Below are positions 1 through 9,987 of a stretch of DNA of 64,000 bases, in pieces. Origin of the DNA: a virus. Every line of letters starts with the position of its first letter. Position 1 is the first letter of the stretch. Location of the stretch: the IMG/VR virus record IMGVR_UViG_3300013286_000012, positions 1 through 64,000 of that record; one strand, given 5' to 3'. Both the position numbers and the translations under genes were made by a program. Under the pieces are notes generated by a model. It searched no databases, was not told the origin of the DNA, and saw only the letters and a list, made by a program, of their open reading frames with translations.

Positions 1-740
1 GTTGGCCCAGGAGTTATCACTTCAGCGGTTACAACGGGAGCAACGTAGACACGAGTTAGACCAGCCTGCTCAAGAGTAACTATTTGACCGTTAGGTAAAC
101 GCACACCTGTGCGGGTATTAATGTTTGATTGAATATCTGATAAATAAGTAATGTTTAACGTGTTATCTGCGTTAATAGCGGCGGTAACAACAATTGTAGA
201 GAGCGAAGTATTTGCTACGTTAGAGCCGTAGGGACGAACAGCAAGGTCAACTTGAAACCCTGCTTGACTTGAAGTGATAGTTAAATGTTCATCTGTAGAT
301 TGCCAACCTGTTGGGTATCCAGGAGTGTTAGCGGTGCTAAGAACTACCCAATCATAAGCATCTACTGAAATAGAGGGTGTGGTTGGAAAATTGCTAAAAT
401 TGTTATCTTGGCGCCCAAAGACAATGGTTGAGTTAGTAGTTGCATAAACTGCTGTGTAAGTTTCTCCTTGAAAATTTACGCTAGTAGGAAGCGCCACTTG
501 ATAAGAGACATCGTCTCCACCACAAGTATTTTGTACAATAACGGGTGTTGATGTAGTAGTGACACTATCTAGTCCTACTGTTGTGCTTTCAATATTTAAA
601 ACGATAGGGGAAGTTGCCGCAGTCGCTATGGATTGTGCGGTTGTTATACACGTGGCCTGTGCTGATTCTGTAAGTAGTGAGGGGAAAAAAGCGGCAAATA
701 ATGCTACGGATAGTGCTGCGAGTATGCGCAGTGCTTTCAA
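1..740 (-). CDS. Secreted or surface protein, partial (runs off the left edge)
   Basis: Not in the ORF track. TTG at 740 preceded by GAGGGG RBS; reads MKALRILAALSVALFAAFFPSLLTESAQATC... (signal peptide) and stays open to position 1; Thr/Ser/Val rich. Confidence 0.75.
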   Translation of the reverse strand, partial: MKALRILAALSVALFAAFFPSLLTESAQATCITTAQSIATAATSPIVLNIESTTVGLDSVTTTSTPVIVQNTCGGDDVSYQVALPTSVNFQGETYTAVYATTNSTIVFGRQDNNFSNFPTTPSISVDAYDWVVLSTANTPGYPTGWQSTDEHLTITSSQAGFQVDLAVRPYGSNVANTSLSTIVVTAAINADNTLNITYLSDIQSNINTRTGVRLPNGQIVTLEQAGLTRVYVAPVVTAEVITPGP

Positions 741-785
741 GTTTTCCCCTCAGAATACTCTTAATGCCCTCTTCTAATATTTAAA

Positions 786-1001
786 TTATACTGGTTTCCA
801 ATTTTTATTTATAATAAACTTATCATTTGTATTATTTGAGTTTACAGTCTCACCCTGTACTCCGCGTCCACGATGAGCCCAAGAAACAATGCTTGGTTCT
901 GCAACTGATTTAGGAGAAAAATCTGGAGTGTAATTAAAGTGTTGTTTAATATCACGACGTTGATTAACCATTAATATTTTGCGGTTAAGTTGTTTGCTCA
1001 T
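786..1001 (-). CDS. Hypothetical protein (MSKQLNRK...)
   Basis: ATG at 1001 overlaps the upstream stop (ATGA coupling); 3' part of track ORF 786..1163. Confidence 0.6.
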   Translation of the reverse strand: MSKQLNRKILMVNQRRDIKQHFNYTPDFSPKSVAEPSIVSWAHRGRGVQGETVNSNNTNDKFIINKNWKPV

Positions 1002-1342
1002 GAACCAAGACCTCCAACAAAACCAGCAGCAGTTCCTCCCATTCCGCTGCCATCCGTTGCTGATGCAGCATCTGCAGAACCGCTCATTGGTTGGTCGTGG
1101 TCTGTATCTGGATTTTGCACTGGGTTTGCTGCAAGCGTGCCAATAGCGTATGGATAACCCCACACGTAACCATTACCTACATAACCTGATTCATGCTTGC
1201 GTTTAAATCTGCGTCGCTGCTGTTCTTCAACTTTTCCTGTTACTGCAGCAAATTGAACAGACAGTGGACTTGTTGCTGGTCCAGTTACATACTTACCAAA
1301 TGTTCCTTTAGGACTTCCAAAATATCCGTCACCGATTGGCAT
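998..1342 (-). CDS. Hypothetical protein
   Basis: Track ORF 998..1366; start moved to MPIG. Confidence 0.6.
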   Translation of the reverse strand: MPIGDGYFGSPKGTFGKYVTGPATSPLSVQFAAVTGKVEEQQRRRFKRKHESGYVGNGYVWGYPYAIGTLAANPVQNPDTDHDQPMSGSADAASATDGSGMGGTAAGFVGGLGS

Positions 1343-1535
1343 AATTAAAAACTCCTTCAGGGTCAAATACGTGTTGTGCTTTTAGTACTAATGGAGTACC
1401 CATCTCACGTCCATGATGTCCACAAAAATAAAGGTCACCATTTGTAAGAGTTGCTCGCACCATTGCTTGCGCTCCACATTTGTCGCATCTATCTTGCACA
1501 GTAATTTTACGATGTGTGCTTAATGTTGCGGTCAT
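1329..1535 (-). CDS. Actinobacterial small Zn-binding protein (DUF7455-like)
   Basis: DRCDKCGAQA...LYFCGHH motif, typical of a conserved actinobacterial small protein. Confidence 0.75.
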   Translation of the reverse strand: MTATLSTHRKITVQDRCDKCGAQAMVRATLTNGDLYFCGHHGREMGTPLVLKAQHVFDPEGVFNYANR

Positions 1536-1711
1536 GAACTAAACCCAGGTTTTGGTAAAGAGTTGGTGTGTGCGTTTGCAGCCATCGAATTGTCCGCAGA
1601 AGAAACGCTAATTCCTGCAGGACCATCAAAATGCGTTGATTCAGGCATGGCCTGTTTGTTGGAAGTTATTGATTCTCCACCAAATTGTTCATTTGATAAA
1701 TTGGCTGTCAT
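1532..1711 (-). CDS. Small protein with N-terminal LSxxQF tag
   Basis: 59 aa, below track cutoff: MTANLSNEQFGGES...PGFSS; its TGA overlaps the next ATG. Confidence 0.65.
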   Translation of the reverse strand: MTANLSNEQFGGESITSNKQAMPESTHFDGPAGISVSSADNSMAANAHTNSLPKPGFSS

Positions 1712-1760
1712 AGCACTATTTTGCCTTCTTTCTACCTCTGTGTACGGTCATAATATACGC

Positions 1761-1889
1761 ATGGATAATTCTGCGCGAATTGCACTGTATACTTGCCAAA
1801 TATGTAATAAACGATTTGTAGTACCAGACCTAGCGCGTGGATGTGAGTATAAACATGAAAATCAAAATGATTATTACAACTCTTTATAA
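1761..1889 (+). CDS. Small Zn-finger-like protein
   Basis: MDNSARIALYTCQICNKRF...CEYKH. Confidence 0.4.
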   Translation: MDNSARIALYTCQICNKRFVVPDLARGCEYKHENQNDYYNSL

Positions 1890-2006
1890 AGCCTTTTTTT
1901 GTAAGCATAAGATGACTGAAGAATCATCGTGTCCATTTACAGGAAAAATTTACACGGTATGCAATGAGTGTGGTAAAACTCTTTCTGCAATCAGGGTATC
2001 TAATTA

Positions 2007-2189
2007 ATGGCAATTTATCAATATGCATGCATTGAATGCGATAAAGACTATGAAAAAGAACGCCCCATTAGCAATCCTGAGCCTCAATATTTTTGTGATA
2101 AATGTGGATATAACCTTAGTCGAGTCTACTCTCCTGTAGGCGCCGTTTTTAAAGGTGGCGGGTTTTATATCAATGATTCTCGTCGTTAG
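2007..2189 (+). CDS. FmdB-family zinc-ribbon protein
   Basis: MAIYQYACIEC...CDKCG...RVYS...FKGGGFY signature. Confidence 0.85.
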   Translation: MAIYQYACIECDKDYEKERPISNPEPQYFCDKCGYNLSRVYSPVGAVFKGGGFYINDSRR

Positions 2190-2545
2190 TTATAGTTTGG
2201 GTCATCTTCTTTAGCAAAAACTTTCTTCGCTGCTTTATCGGCTGCTTGGCGTTCTTCAACTGCTACGTCTGCAACTGTCTTTGCACCTTTATCAACTGTT
2301 GAGAATGCTGCGTTGATTTCATCAAGTGTTAACTTGCCATCATCCATAAACGCACGAGCCAACTTCTCAACAACTGCTGCTACTGCTGTAAGACCAGCAA
2401 CAAGCATTGCCTTTGCAACTGAGATACCAGCAACTGCACCAGCACCGATAACTCCAAGACCGCTTGCTGCAAAGACTGCAACAATACGCATCAATACGTT
2501 ATTTAAACTTTTCATGAACATATGCCTGTCTCGATTCCCCCTCAA
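2186..2545 (-). CDS. Membrane protein, possible holin
   Basis: Two hydrophobic segments and a charged C-terminus; near the endolysin; true start probably ~2515-2521. Confidence 0.55.
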   Translation of the reverse strand: MRGNRDRHMFMKSLNNVLMRIVAVFAASGLGVIGAGAVAGISVAKAMLVAGLTAVAAVVEKLARAFMDDGKLTLDEINAAFSTVDKGAKTVADVAVEERQAADKAAKKVFAKEDDPNYN

Positions 2546-2561
2546 GTACTAGGTATCATTA

Positions 2562-2825
2562 TCAGTCTTGTTGGATGCCCATACGTTCTAAATACTTATC
2601 TTTTTCGCTCATAAGGAAGTCTTGAATGTCCTTCTTGCGCAAATTAATCTGTTGCTTAATTTGAGTGACGACTTCTTCATCTAATTCTTCGTGATGCTCT
2701 TCAAACTCCCCAATAGCAATACCAAGGGTCTGCTGCATCACGGCAGCACGCATCTGTGCATCATTCCATAGGAACTCCGCATGCTCTACTTTGTTTTGTT
2801 GTTTTTTATCTTGTGTTTTTGACAT
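2562..2825 (-). CDS. Hypothetical coiled-coil protein
   Basis: ORF with RBS (AAGGTAG). Confidence 0.6.
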   Translation of the reverse strand: MSKTQDKKQQNKVEHAEFLWNDAQMRAAVMQQTLGIAIGEFEEHHEELDEEVVTQIKQQINLRKKDIQDFLMSEKDKYLERMGIQQD

Positions 2826-2938
2826 TTGCTTACCTTATCAGAAGATTAAGAGTAGTTTTTGCGTGCTCATGCTCAGGAGCCTCTTATGAAGTTGTGGGGA
2901 TATCTAACTACAGACTTAACGTATCTGCAGTACAAATG

Positions 2939-3487
2939 TTACTTGCATTGTTCTTTGGTTAAGAATGGGCCTGAAGTATTGGCGTCTATCTTTTCTGCAA
3001 TCTTGAGAGCAGCAAGTGGCTTAGCGCCAGCATGAAGGGCGCCGATAGCGTAAGAAGAGCCAGAACCTACTCCGTAGATGCCGTCATCGCTCATGCAGAT
3101 AGAGCAATCATCTGCAACATCAAATACCTCACCGCAGACTGCAATCAGGAAGTTAAATCGAGAATCATCGCCTTTTCCATCGCCCTTACCCTCATTGAAT
3201 TCGTAACCGTTCTCTGTTAAGCATTTTCTAAGAGAAGGCATTACTTTTACAATCATAAAATGATAAACATCTTGGCGGTCTTTTGGTGAAGGTTTTGGCG
3301 GAATCCAAATGTGCTGAGCAATATCACAAGGTCCTACTTCTCCAGAACCCGCAATAAGGTAATCGCCACGTTCTGTAATCTTTTCCATCTTTGGATGGTG
3401 GTAGATGCGGCCGTCGTCACCAGTTACTTGATTGTCGGCAGCAAAAAGTACTTTGTCGTCGTATTGAACGGCTACAATCGTTGTCAT
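2939..3487 (-). CDS. Ntn-hydrolase, proteasome beta/HslV-like peptidase
   Basis: N-terminal M-TTIVAV (Thr1 nucleophile), AADNQVT, KI, AGSG, GVGSGS.YA.GAL. Confidence 0.85.
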   Translation of the reverse strand: MTTIVAVQYDDKVLFAADNQVTGDDGRIYHHPKMEKITERGDYLIAGSGEVGPCDIAQHIWIPPKPSPKDRQDVYHFMIVKVMPSLRKCLTENGYEFNEGKGDGKGDDSRFNFLIAVCGEVFDVADDCSICMSDDGIYGVGSGSSYAIGALHAGAKPLAALKIAEKIDANTSGPFLTKEQCK

Positions 3488-3561
3488 ATCCACCCCCTAA
3501 TAAAGAACCTCCCAAGGATACCATCAGGTACCCGTGGAGAATCTTAAGTCAGAAATGTCCG

Positions 3562-4308
3562 TTATAGGGCGGTTTTCATCAAAGCATCCCATGTTTTAGG
3601 TCCTACGATGCCGTTAGAGTCCAGATTGTCGTGGTTATCTTGAAATGCTACAACCGCTTTTTTTGTTGCTGGGCCATAATCGCCGTCTTCTACCAGCGTG
3701 AGGGCATGCTGGATGAGTTTAACGCTATCGCCTTGGTCTCCTGGTTGAATCTTTCCTGGGAATGCTGGGATGATTGGAACAGGCACGCTAGCCTTTACTT
3801 CGTTGCCCTTGTAGTTTGGACGACCAAAGCCCACAATAAAGGATGGAATTCCTTTAGCGTTCTTCTTGTAGGCACGAATCTTTTTAACGGCTTCTCCACC
3901 GTTTGCCTGTGAACCAGACTTCTTCTTATCCCCTGAAGTATTGCCCTCCATAGTTGTGACGGTTCCGTCTCCATTGTCTTTGACAACAATTCCTACATGC
4001 TCAATTGGGGCACCGCCAGATGCAAAATCAAAGTAAACGATATCGCCAGGTGTTGGTTTTGCAGCCGCTGCATCTGACCAGGTTCCCATCTTTTTGAAGG
4101 CTTCTGCCCCCGCCATAGTAGAGACAGTGTTAGGAATCTTTACCCCAGCCTCATTTGCAACCCACATGCAGAATGAACCGCACCATGGGAGGAAGTTAGC
4201 CTTTGTGAAAGCGCCAAATTTTGTTTCATTATCTTTTGGTCCTTCTACGTATCCTTCTTCTTTGAGCGCAATTTCAACAAGCGCTGCTGCTGTACCTTTG
4301 GTTGCCAT
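3562..4308 (-). CDS. Endolysin: CHAP domain plus peptidoglycan-binding domain
   Basis: PWCGSF (Cys), EHVGIV (His), EGNT; C-terminal DGDYGPAT..AV..FQ...GIVGPKTW. Confidence 0.9.
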   Translation of the reverse strand: MATKGTAAALVEIALKEEGYVEGPKDNETKFGAFTKANFLPWCGSFCMWVANEAGVKIPNTVSTMAGAEAFKKMGTWSDAAAAKPTPGDIVYFDFASGGAPIEHVGIVVKDNGDGTVTTMEGNTSGDKKKSGSQANGGEAVKKIRAYKKNAKGIPSFIVGFGRPNYKGNEVKASVPVPIIPAFPGKIQPGDQGDSVKLIQHALTLVEDGDYGPATKKAVVAFQDNHDNLDSNGIVGPKTWDALMKTAL

Positions 4309-4625
4309 TATTGCCCTTTCTTCTTTGGCTTGAAGTGCTTATGCTCATTTCCAAATTTAAAGTGTTCAATATTATGAAGGTGGTCGTGGAATTCATTTGG
4401 GCTCATTGAGCCTTTATCAGGGCGTGAGGTAGTCCAGGTATTGCCTGTTGGGTCTGTGGTTACATTTTTAGCGTGATGATTATCAATGTGGTATTGAAGG
4501 TCGCTATAACCTTGGCGCATAGTACGCCACTCGTTATGGTCAGAGGTTATCTCTGGAATCCACGGCTTATTAAGGCGCTTGGCAAACTTGTTGTGAAAGT
4601 CTGCGCTTTCTTCTCTTGGTTCCAT
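4308..4625 (-). CDS. His-rich hypothetical protein
   Basis: ORF coupled to the endolysin start. Confidence 0.55.
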   Translation of the reverse strand: MEPREESADFHNKFAKRLNKPWIPEITSDHNEWRTMRQGYSDLQYHIDNHHAKNVTTDPTGNTWTTSRPDKGSMSPNEFHDHLHNIEHFKFGNEHKHFKPKKKGQ

Positions 4626-4839
4626 TATCGTTCAGCCCACCACATACCGATAACGGTAGCCGCAATAAGGCTTACGATAAAAGTACCTTGAAAAGTAATG
4701 TGGGTAAAAAAATACATTAATCCTCCTCGCAAATGCATTTACAGGTATCAGATGTGCAGACCCCAAATTCAATCTCGTGGTCACACTTTATGCATTTAGC
4801 CATGGTTTAAGGATACCTTAAAAAAGGTATGTTGAGAGT

Positions 4840-5343
4840 TTATTTTTTCTTCTTGAGCATAGACCTAACAACCTCATGTCCACGCCTTTCATCTTCACGA
4901 GATAACTCGTGTACGCCTTCTGTCTCTTTGTTAGTAAGGTTTACAATAGTTTTTACTGTTTTTTTTGCTTCTTTAAAGCCCACGTTGCTTAACCCCATTG
5001 ATGGGTCACGGTCATTGGCAATTTTTGCAAGTCCCTTGTCAACAAGTTTGTTGGCAATTCGAGCAGAATGCACAGACAAATCTGCACTAATTTCAGGGAC
5101 ATGACCATACGTTTTTTGAGAGTGCTCTGCCATTGCACCCATTACAGCGGGAACATGAGCAGACGAGCCTGGGGTACTGTGTAACCCAAAGGCTAATGCA
5201 GAAGAACCCTCTGCTGGTGCTCTATACCCTCCGATAACCTTCTTCTTACCGTGTTCTAAAACAAAGTCATGAGATTGAACGCCCTCAGAGTCTTTGTAAT
5301 CAACTCTACGAAAACGAAATTGTTTAGGGTTTAAATTGCTCAT
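4840..5343 (-). CDS. Divergent GNAT-like protein, paralog of 7019..7738
   Basis: GLHSTPG...HSQKTYGHVPEISADLSVHS aligns with GLFATPG...HSMKKFGQVPAASRDLSPQS; N-terminal LNPKQF tag; GNAT fold is a guess. Confidence 0.55.
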   Translation of the reverse strand: MSNLNPKQFRFRRVDYKDSEGVQSHDFVLEHGKKKVIGGYRAPAEGSSALAFGLHSTPGSSAHVPAVMGAMAEHSQKTYGHVPEISADLSVHSARIANKLVDKGLAKIANDRDPSMGLSNVGFKEAKKTVKTIVNLTNKETEGVHELSREDERRGHEVVRSMLKKKK

Positions 5344-5849
5344 TAATAGTTCTTATCACTTTGTGCGTCATCTAAGTTTTTGGCATAAGAAATAGGAAAA
5401 ATGTGCTCTGGGAATTGCTCCGCAGATAAAGCCACTCTATGGTGTCCGCCAAGAAGTTGATGCTTATCTGAAGGGTATCCCACACGGTCTTGTACGTGAA
5501 TAACTCCTTTTAAACCTTGTTCTTTTGTTACAGACTCAAGGCTTGTTTTTGGTCCAATACCTTGTCGAGCCAAGAGAGGACCAGAAAGGCTTCTCCATGC
5601 GTTACCAGAACGTTCAAAAGCATTTTTGCCAAAACGTTCTTCGCCTGTTTGTTTTGCTTCGTTTAATTTACGATTCCACAATTCGTTATCAGTTTCATCA
5701 GGACCAATTGGGCTATTGGACGAACGGTTTTCAACTTCTTTTCGGTCACCTTCAAATGGCGCAAAATGTTCTTTTATTTCAGGACCAGTCATAAACATAG
5801 GACGATAACCAGCCTTGATTGCTTTACTTAAATCTTTTGGCGGCTTCAT
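5343..5849 (-). CDS. ParB/sulfiredoxin-like protein
   Basis: LLGGHHRV motif; start MKPPK gives an ATGA overlap. Confidence 0.7.
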   Translation of the reverse strand: MKPPKDLSKAIKAGYRPMFMTGPEIKEHFAPFEGDRKEVENRSSNSPIGPDETDNELWNRKLNEAKQTGEERFGKNAFERSGNAWRSLSGPLLARQGIGPKTSLESVTKEQGLKGVIHVQDRVGYPSDKHQLLGGHHRVALSAEQFPEHIFPISYAKNLDDAQSDKNY

Positions 5850-6172
5850 GCGTGTGACTTTGCCCAATTAACGTGACGTTTTACACGGAACCCTACCTCA
5901 GAGACGCGAACGTCGTTTCTATTTGAAAGAAGAGATTTGCGTCGTTGTGGGTTTGGGTCCTTCTCTACGGATTCGACTTCGTATACAGAACCAAAAAGAG
6001 TGTTACGGTTGGCTGCACGGGCGCCAGCGTAATTATAGGCTTCTGGGTAACTGTGTGTTGCGTACGCTTCTGTAAGACCACTGATTACTTGAGGAGTAGG
6101 TTTGATGATATCTCCAGGTTTCATGTTTTCTGTTGTCCCATGAAAGAGTGGTTTAGATAGTGGAGCGCTCAT
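5846..6172 (-). CDS. ADP-ribosyltransferase, Arr-like fold
   Basis: LFHGT...KPGDII.P, AYAT..Y..A..YA, G.VYEVE motifs. Confidence 0.7.
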   Translation of the reverse strand: MSAPLSKPLFHGTTENMKPGDIIKPTPQVISGLTEAYATHSYPEAYNYAGARAANRNTLFGSVYEVESVEKDPNPQRRKSLLSNRNDVRVSEVGFRVKRHVNWAKSHA

Positions 6173-6690
6173 GGCATCAACTGCTTAAAGTGATAAGGGT
6201 GAATATTAGAAGGTACATAACGACCTGTAGTTCCGCCTACGTTTTCTGAACTAGTGTCTGGGCCAAAATCAGTAAGCATTGCTAAATGATTACCTCTACG
6301 TTTTCTAATCTTATCTTGCATTCCGCTTTTGTTACGAACAACGGATACTGGAAGGTGAGTAACTCCTGCTTTTAGAGCCGCCTCTAACCTATGGTGACCT
6401 TCGATGAGGTGACCCCATTTATCTTGGTGATTGTAGTCAATGACAAGAGGATTATGAATTTGACCACCAGCACGAAGTTCGTTAGCAATATCATCAATAG
6501 TTTTTGCACTACTTGGATAGGCATGAACACCAGTACGTTGCAAATCTCTTAAACCAACCAAATTTCTAACATGCACCATTCCAGTTGCACTACGAGAATT
6601 AGTTCCTTCAATATGACCCATGCCACTTGCATTCATGTGGTCAACTTCTTTAGGGACAGGAAAGGCTTGCGCTAGTTGTGCTGGGTTCAT
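6169..6690 (-). CDS. ParB/sulfiredoxin-like protein
   Basis: I.NPLVI...LIEGHHRLEAA..AG...LPV. Confidence 0.85.
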   Translation of the reverse strand: MNPAQLAQAFPVPKEVDHMNASGMGHIEGTNSRSATGMVHVRNLVGLRDLQRTGVHAYPSSAKTIDDIANELRAGGQIHNPLVIDYNHQDKWGHLIEGHHRLEAALKAGVTHLPVSVVRNKSGMQDKIRKRRGNHLAMLTDFGPDTSSENVGGTTGRYVPSNIHPYHFKQLMP

Positions 6691-7022
6691 AGTAATGGTG
6701 CCTTTGAACGTTGGTATTGAACGTCATTGTCATCATGGTGCTCTACAGGCACTAACATATTAGGGTTAACTTTGTTTGCACCAATTACACGGTGATGACC
6801 ATTTTGCAGGTAACGACCAGAGTCATCATGGTAAACGTCTACAGGTTTTTGTACGCCTTCGTTTCGAATTGATTTCTGCAAACCAGTTACTTCGTTATCA
6901 CGCAACTTAGATGTAATCATATCTTTGCGTGATGAATAGTTTGGAGCATCCATCATCGGCATCTTGTTGAGTTCGTGTGCTGGCATAAACATAGCCAGTT
7001 GCTGATGAGATATTACGCTCAT
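6687..7022 (-). CDS. ParB/sulfiredoxin-like protein
   Basis: L.KSIR.EGVQKPV.V...LQNGHHRV...VPV. Confidence 0.85.
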   Translation of the reverse strand: MSVISHQQLAMFMPAHELNKMPMMDAPNYSSRKDMITSKLRDNEVTGLQKSIRNEGVQKPVDVYHDDSGRYLQNGHHRVIGANKVNPNMLVPVEHHDDNDVQYQRSKAPLL

Positions 7023-7738
7023 TTGTTTCCCTCAAGTGGCAACTCATCTTGTTGGAACTGCTGCTTGTTTAAGTGGCGCCCAGAAAATAAACCACGCATT
7101 AATTGACTACCAGAATGAATTTCTTTTTCAGAAACAGGCTTAGCCCTATCATAATCATATGGAGAGTAGTCTTTATTAAAATACCTTTTTGCTTCTGTTG
7201 TTGCAGTTGTTTTGCCTTGTTCTTTAGTAATGTCATTACGAGGAGTATGAGGAGCGTAAAGGTCTACACCCTCTACCCCTTTTTCTTTCATTTTTCCCAT
7301 AATACGAGAAACGATTGGTTGACTTTGTGGAGATAAGTCACGGCTTGCAGCAGGCACTTGACCAAACTTCTTCATGGAGTGATTAGCAACGACGCCTAAA
7401 GCAGTTGCAACGTCTGTTCGTGCTCCAGGGGTTGCAAATAACCCAGTAATGGTTGGAGGCTTTGCTCCACGGTGTGGTTCATTCCAGAGAGTATGTTGAT
7501 ACTGCTCTCTTCCTTCAAAGGTACCAGTTCCTCTTACCCATTCTGCATTGTATTTAGGGTCAGATTCTTGCAATTCTGGAATATGAGGGTGGGACAGCGC
7601 TACGCTGACTGATTCTTTGCCACGCTTAAACACAAAGTTATCGGAGTCGTTAACTTCTTTATAGTCTTGGTTATAGTTATGATGAACATTAAGAAGTTGC
7701 TCATCAACTTTACCTTTAAGTTTACGTGGCTTTGTCAT
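7019..7738 (-). CDS. Divergent GNAT-like protein, paralog of 4840..5343
   Basis: Shares its core with 4840..5343; C-terminal HLNKQQF tag. Confidence 0.55.
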   Translation of the reverse strand: MTKPRKLKGKVDEQLLNVHHNYNQDYKEVNDSDNFVFKRGKESVSVALSHPHIPELQESDPKYNAEWVRGTGTFEGREQYQHTLWNEPHRGAKPPTITGLFATPGARTDVATALGVVANHSMKKFGQVPAASRDLSPQSQPIVSRIMGKMKEKGVEGVDLYAPHTPRNDITKEQGKTTATTEAKRYFNKDYSPYDYDRAKPVSEKEIHSGSQLMRGLFSGRHLNKQQFQQDELPLEGNK

Positions 7739-8277
7739 TGGTTTTTAAAGTCAATCATTCCCTGCATCTGACGAGCAGATAGCAACTGATTTTTTGGAAC
7801 AGGTGGAACTTCGCCACCAACTTTTTTAGCCCACGCATCTCCCGAACGTGTGCGAGAGGTTCCGTGTCGTGGTGTTGGTACACCTGGAGTAGTTTCTGCA
7901 TGTTGCTGTGCTGCATGCCACAACTCAGATGCAAGGCCTTGACGACGGTACTTTGGGTGAGTCTCTATAGCATCGACTTTTCCTTCGTGGTTAGTCACCA
8001 TATTAGAAATGAATTTGCCTGATTGTGCATCAGACATGATGTACCAGTGTGGGTGATTACGTGTGATGTTAGGGTAGTAATGAACTACGTGCCCTTCTGA
8101 TGACTCCCAAGATTCTGGTGCTGGCTTATCTGAATGAACATTACGAAGATGCGCTGCGTGTCTATCTTCTGAAAAAAACGACGCAGGACAATGACTGCAA
8201 CCTAATGCAGGAATTTTATGTCCTGTCTCTGTTTTAATCGGTAGGTCGCCACCGTACTGGTCTGTTTGTTCGCTCAT
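7735..8277 (-). CDS. C2H2 Zn finger plus GNAT acetyltransferase
   Basis: CSHC..F......H....H; acetyl-CoA motif A IETHPKYRRQGLASELW; SGDAWA. Confidence 0.8.
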   Translation of the reverse strand: MSEQTDQYGGDLPIKTETGHKIPALGCSHCPASFFSEDRHAAHLRNVHSDKPAPESWESSEGHVVHYYPNITRNHPHWYIMSDAQSGKFISNMVTNHEGKVDAIETHPKYRRQGLASELWHAAQQHAETTPGVPTPRHGTSRTRSGDAWAKKVGGEVPPVPKNQLLSARQMQGMIDFKNQ

Positions 8278-8567
8278 TCGAACTGCCTTGGGCTCAAGTT
8301 AACGTTCTTCATAATATGTTTTACTTGTTGGTCCATAGCAGCGTTATCCCACGAAGCAATTGATTCCTTATTAGATTGATGCTCTTGCTCTAATGAACGA
8401 TTGTCGTGCGGATGCGCGATGTGAGAGTAATCGGGGTTGTGGTCTAACTCAGATGGATTGTGCGCCCAGCCTTGAGATGGCTCGGTCCAGTTAGCGCCAT
8501 GGATATCGTGAGCAATTTCTTGTGGCACAACTTGCACGCCACATGTAGCGCATTTGGCCGCCTTCAT
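8274..8567 (-). CDS. Cys/His-rich small protein with C-terminal LSPRQFE tag
   Basis: CATCG...W.H...H.A.P pattern. Confidence 0.6.
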   Translation of the reverse strand: MKAAKCATCGVQVVPQEIAHDIHGANWTEPSQGWAHNPSELDHNPDYSHIAHPHDNRSLEQEHQSNKESIASWDNAAMDQQVKHIMKNVNLSPRQFE

Positions 8568-8698
8568 TACTTTACTTTCTCAGGTGGATACTTACTCAAG
8601 ACTGCCTTGATGCGTCCATCTTTTGCAACACGCACGATGTGACCATCTTTAATCTGAGTGCGATTGAAGCCAACTTTAGGCTTGACATACTTAGGCAT
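8567..8698 (-). CDS. Small basic protein
   Basis: 43 aa MPKYVKPKVGFNRTQIKDG...; TAATG coupling to the next gene. Confidence 0.55.
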   Translation of the reverse strand: MPKYVKPKVGFNRTQIKDGHIVRVAKDGRIKAVLSKYPPEKVK

Positions 8699-8768
8699 GC
8701 ACACAGTGTGACAGATTTCGCCCCCGTACGTTTTTTAAACCGACGAGGCGTTTTTTCTCAGTAACGAC

Positions 8769-9266
8769 TTACATGATAGTCAGAGATGGGTTGAATTCAC
8801 TTAGCGGAATGCGCCATGAACCTTCTGGGGCATAGCGCCATTCATCTCGTTGGCAATCCTCCATATGTAGCCAGCCATAGACTTCAACCTCTGAATAGTA
8901 ATCTCTATCCGTAACACGTGCACCGACTAATACCCAGCCTGGATGAATATCCTTGGGAAATACTGGTATCTCGTCCCTAGTCCTAATTGACTTGACTTCT
9001 ATATTAGGAAAGACATCAGGCAGATTGGTACGGAATGCATGCTCCTCATTGGGATAGAAGGGGAATGACATTGACTTCTTATACAATTTTGCAACGGCAT
9101 ATTCTGCAACGATAGTCCTTACATTGGCGGCAATCTCTGGCTCTAACTTTGACTTGTCTTGGTAATTGGGACGGTCGATGCTACCGAACTTCATCATCCA
9201 TCTATTGAGGGCGATATCGGCGCACGCACGGACTTCCTCTTTTGATAACTGAACGATGTGACTCAT
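8769..9266 (-). CDS. Putative PD-(D/E)xK-fold protein
   Basis: AEYAVAK...PDV..NIEVKS. Confidence 0.5.
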   Translation of the reverse strand: MSHIVQLSKEEVRACADIALNRWMMKFGSIDRPNYQDKSKLEPEIAANVRTIVAEYAVAKLYKKSMSFPFYPNEEHAFRTNLPDVFPNIEVKSIRTRDEIPVFPKDIHPGWVLVGARVTDRDYYSEVEVYGWLHMEDCQRDEWRYAPEGSWRIPLSEFNPSLTIM

Positions 9267-9351
9267 CCCAACTCCTTCTCATCATCCATCGCACCACATA
9301 CGGAGCAGGTCACCTGACCATCTAAATCTCTTACAAAGTCGTGCTCGTGAG

Positions 9352-9606
9352 TCACTGAACTTCTTTTTTAATAAATTGAATGGTTGGGCACGGATAAGAA
9401 AATCCGCACTCCGTGCATCTCTTAGTTAGCCCGCTCTTGCCCCTGTTGAGTTGTACAAAGGTATGTAACTGCACGATTGAACGCAGAGCCCTGGTATGTG
9501 GGACTTCGTGACTCCCTATTGCTTCTAGCAATTCCTCGTGCTCTTTAAGAAGCGTTATGGCAACAGCATCCATCGTGTCCAGATTCCTTCCTATCCATCT
9601 CAACAA
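9352..9606 (-). CDS. Hypothetical Zn-binding protein
   Basis: LH...CTECG..YPCPT, a common actinophage motif. Confidence 0.55.
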   Translation of the reverse strand: MLRWIGRNLDTMDAVAITLLKEHEELLEAIGSHEVPHTRALRSIVQLHTFVQLNRGKSGLTKRCTECGFSYPCPTIQFIKKEVQ

Positions 9607-9987
9607 TTGAGTTCACTTCATCGGTTGCACATAGGCACATTGTAAAATCCGTTCCAACGCTCGTCATTTCAGTCATCTCTGCTCCTTCTTTGAATATCTA
9701 GACAACATCTTGTTTACCATATGATAAGTAACGATATAGGTAGGCACAATGAGACAGATATAAAGGAATGACTTCATACTTTCTCTCTGCAATCTCGGCA
9801 TACCTTCTCTGGGATGCTATAAACAATCAGCGTCTTACAGTCCGTGGCCCACTTTCCGCAGTGGCTGCAGTAGCCCTTGACTATCACCTTAGTCATCGCC
9901 ACCATCTCTTAGCGGAACCGTATCCGTAAATGCCAAAACAAATTCCTACGGTGTTAAGTACGCAGATATAAATTAAAATCCCAATAA

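Noticed and set aside
5846-6172. Rifampin resistance gene arr
   Set aside because: Only the general ART motifs match; substrate cannot be inferred
5343-7022. ParABS partition system
   Set aside because: ParB-like proteins lack HTH and dimerisation domains; no ParA in the window
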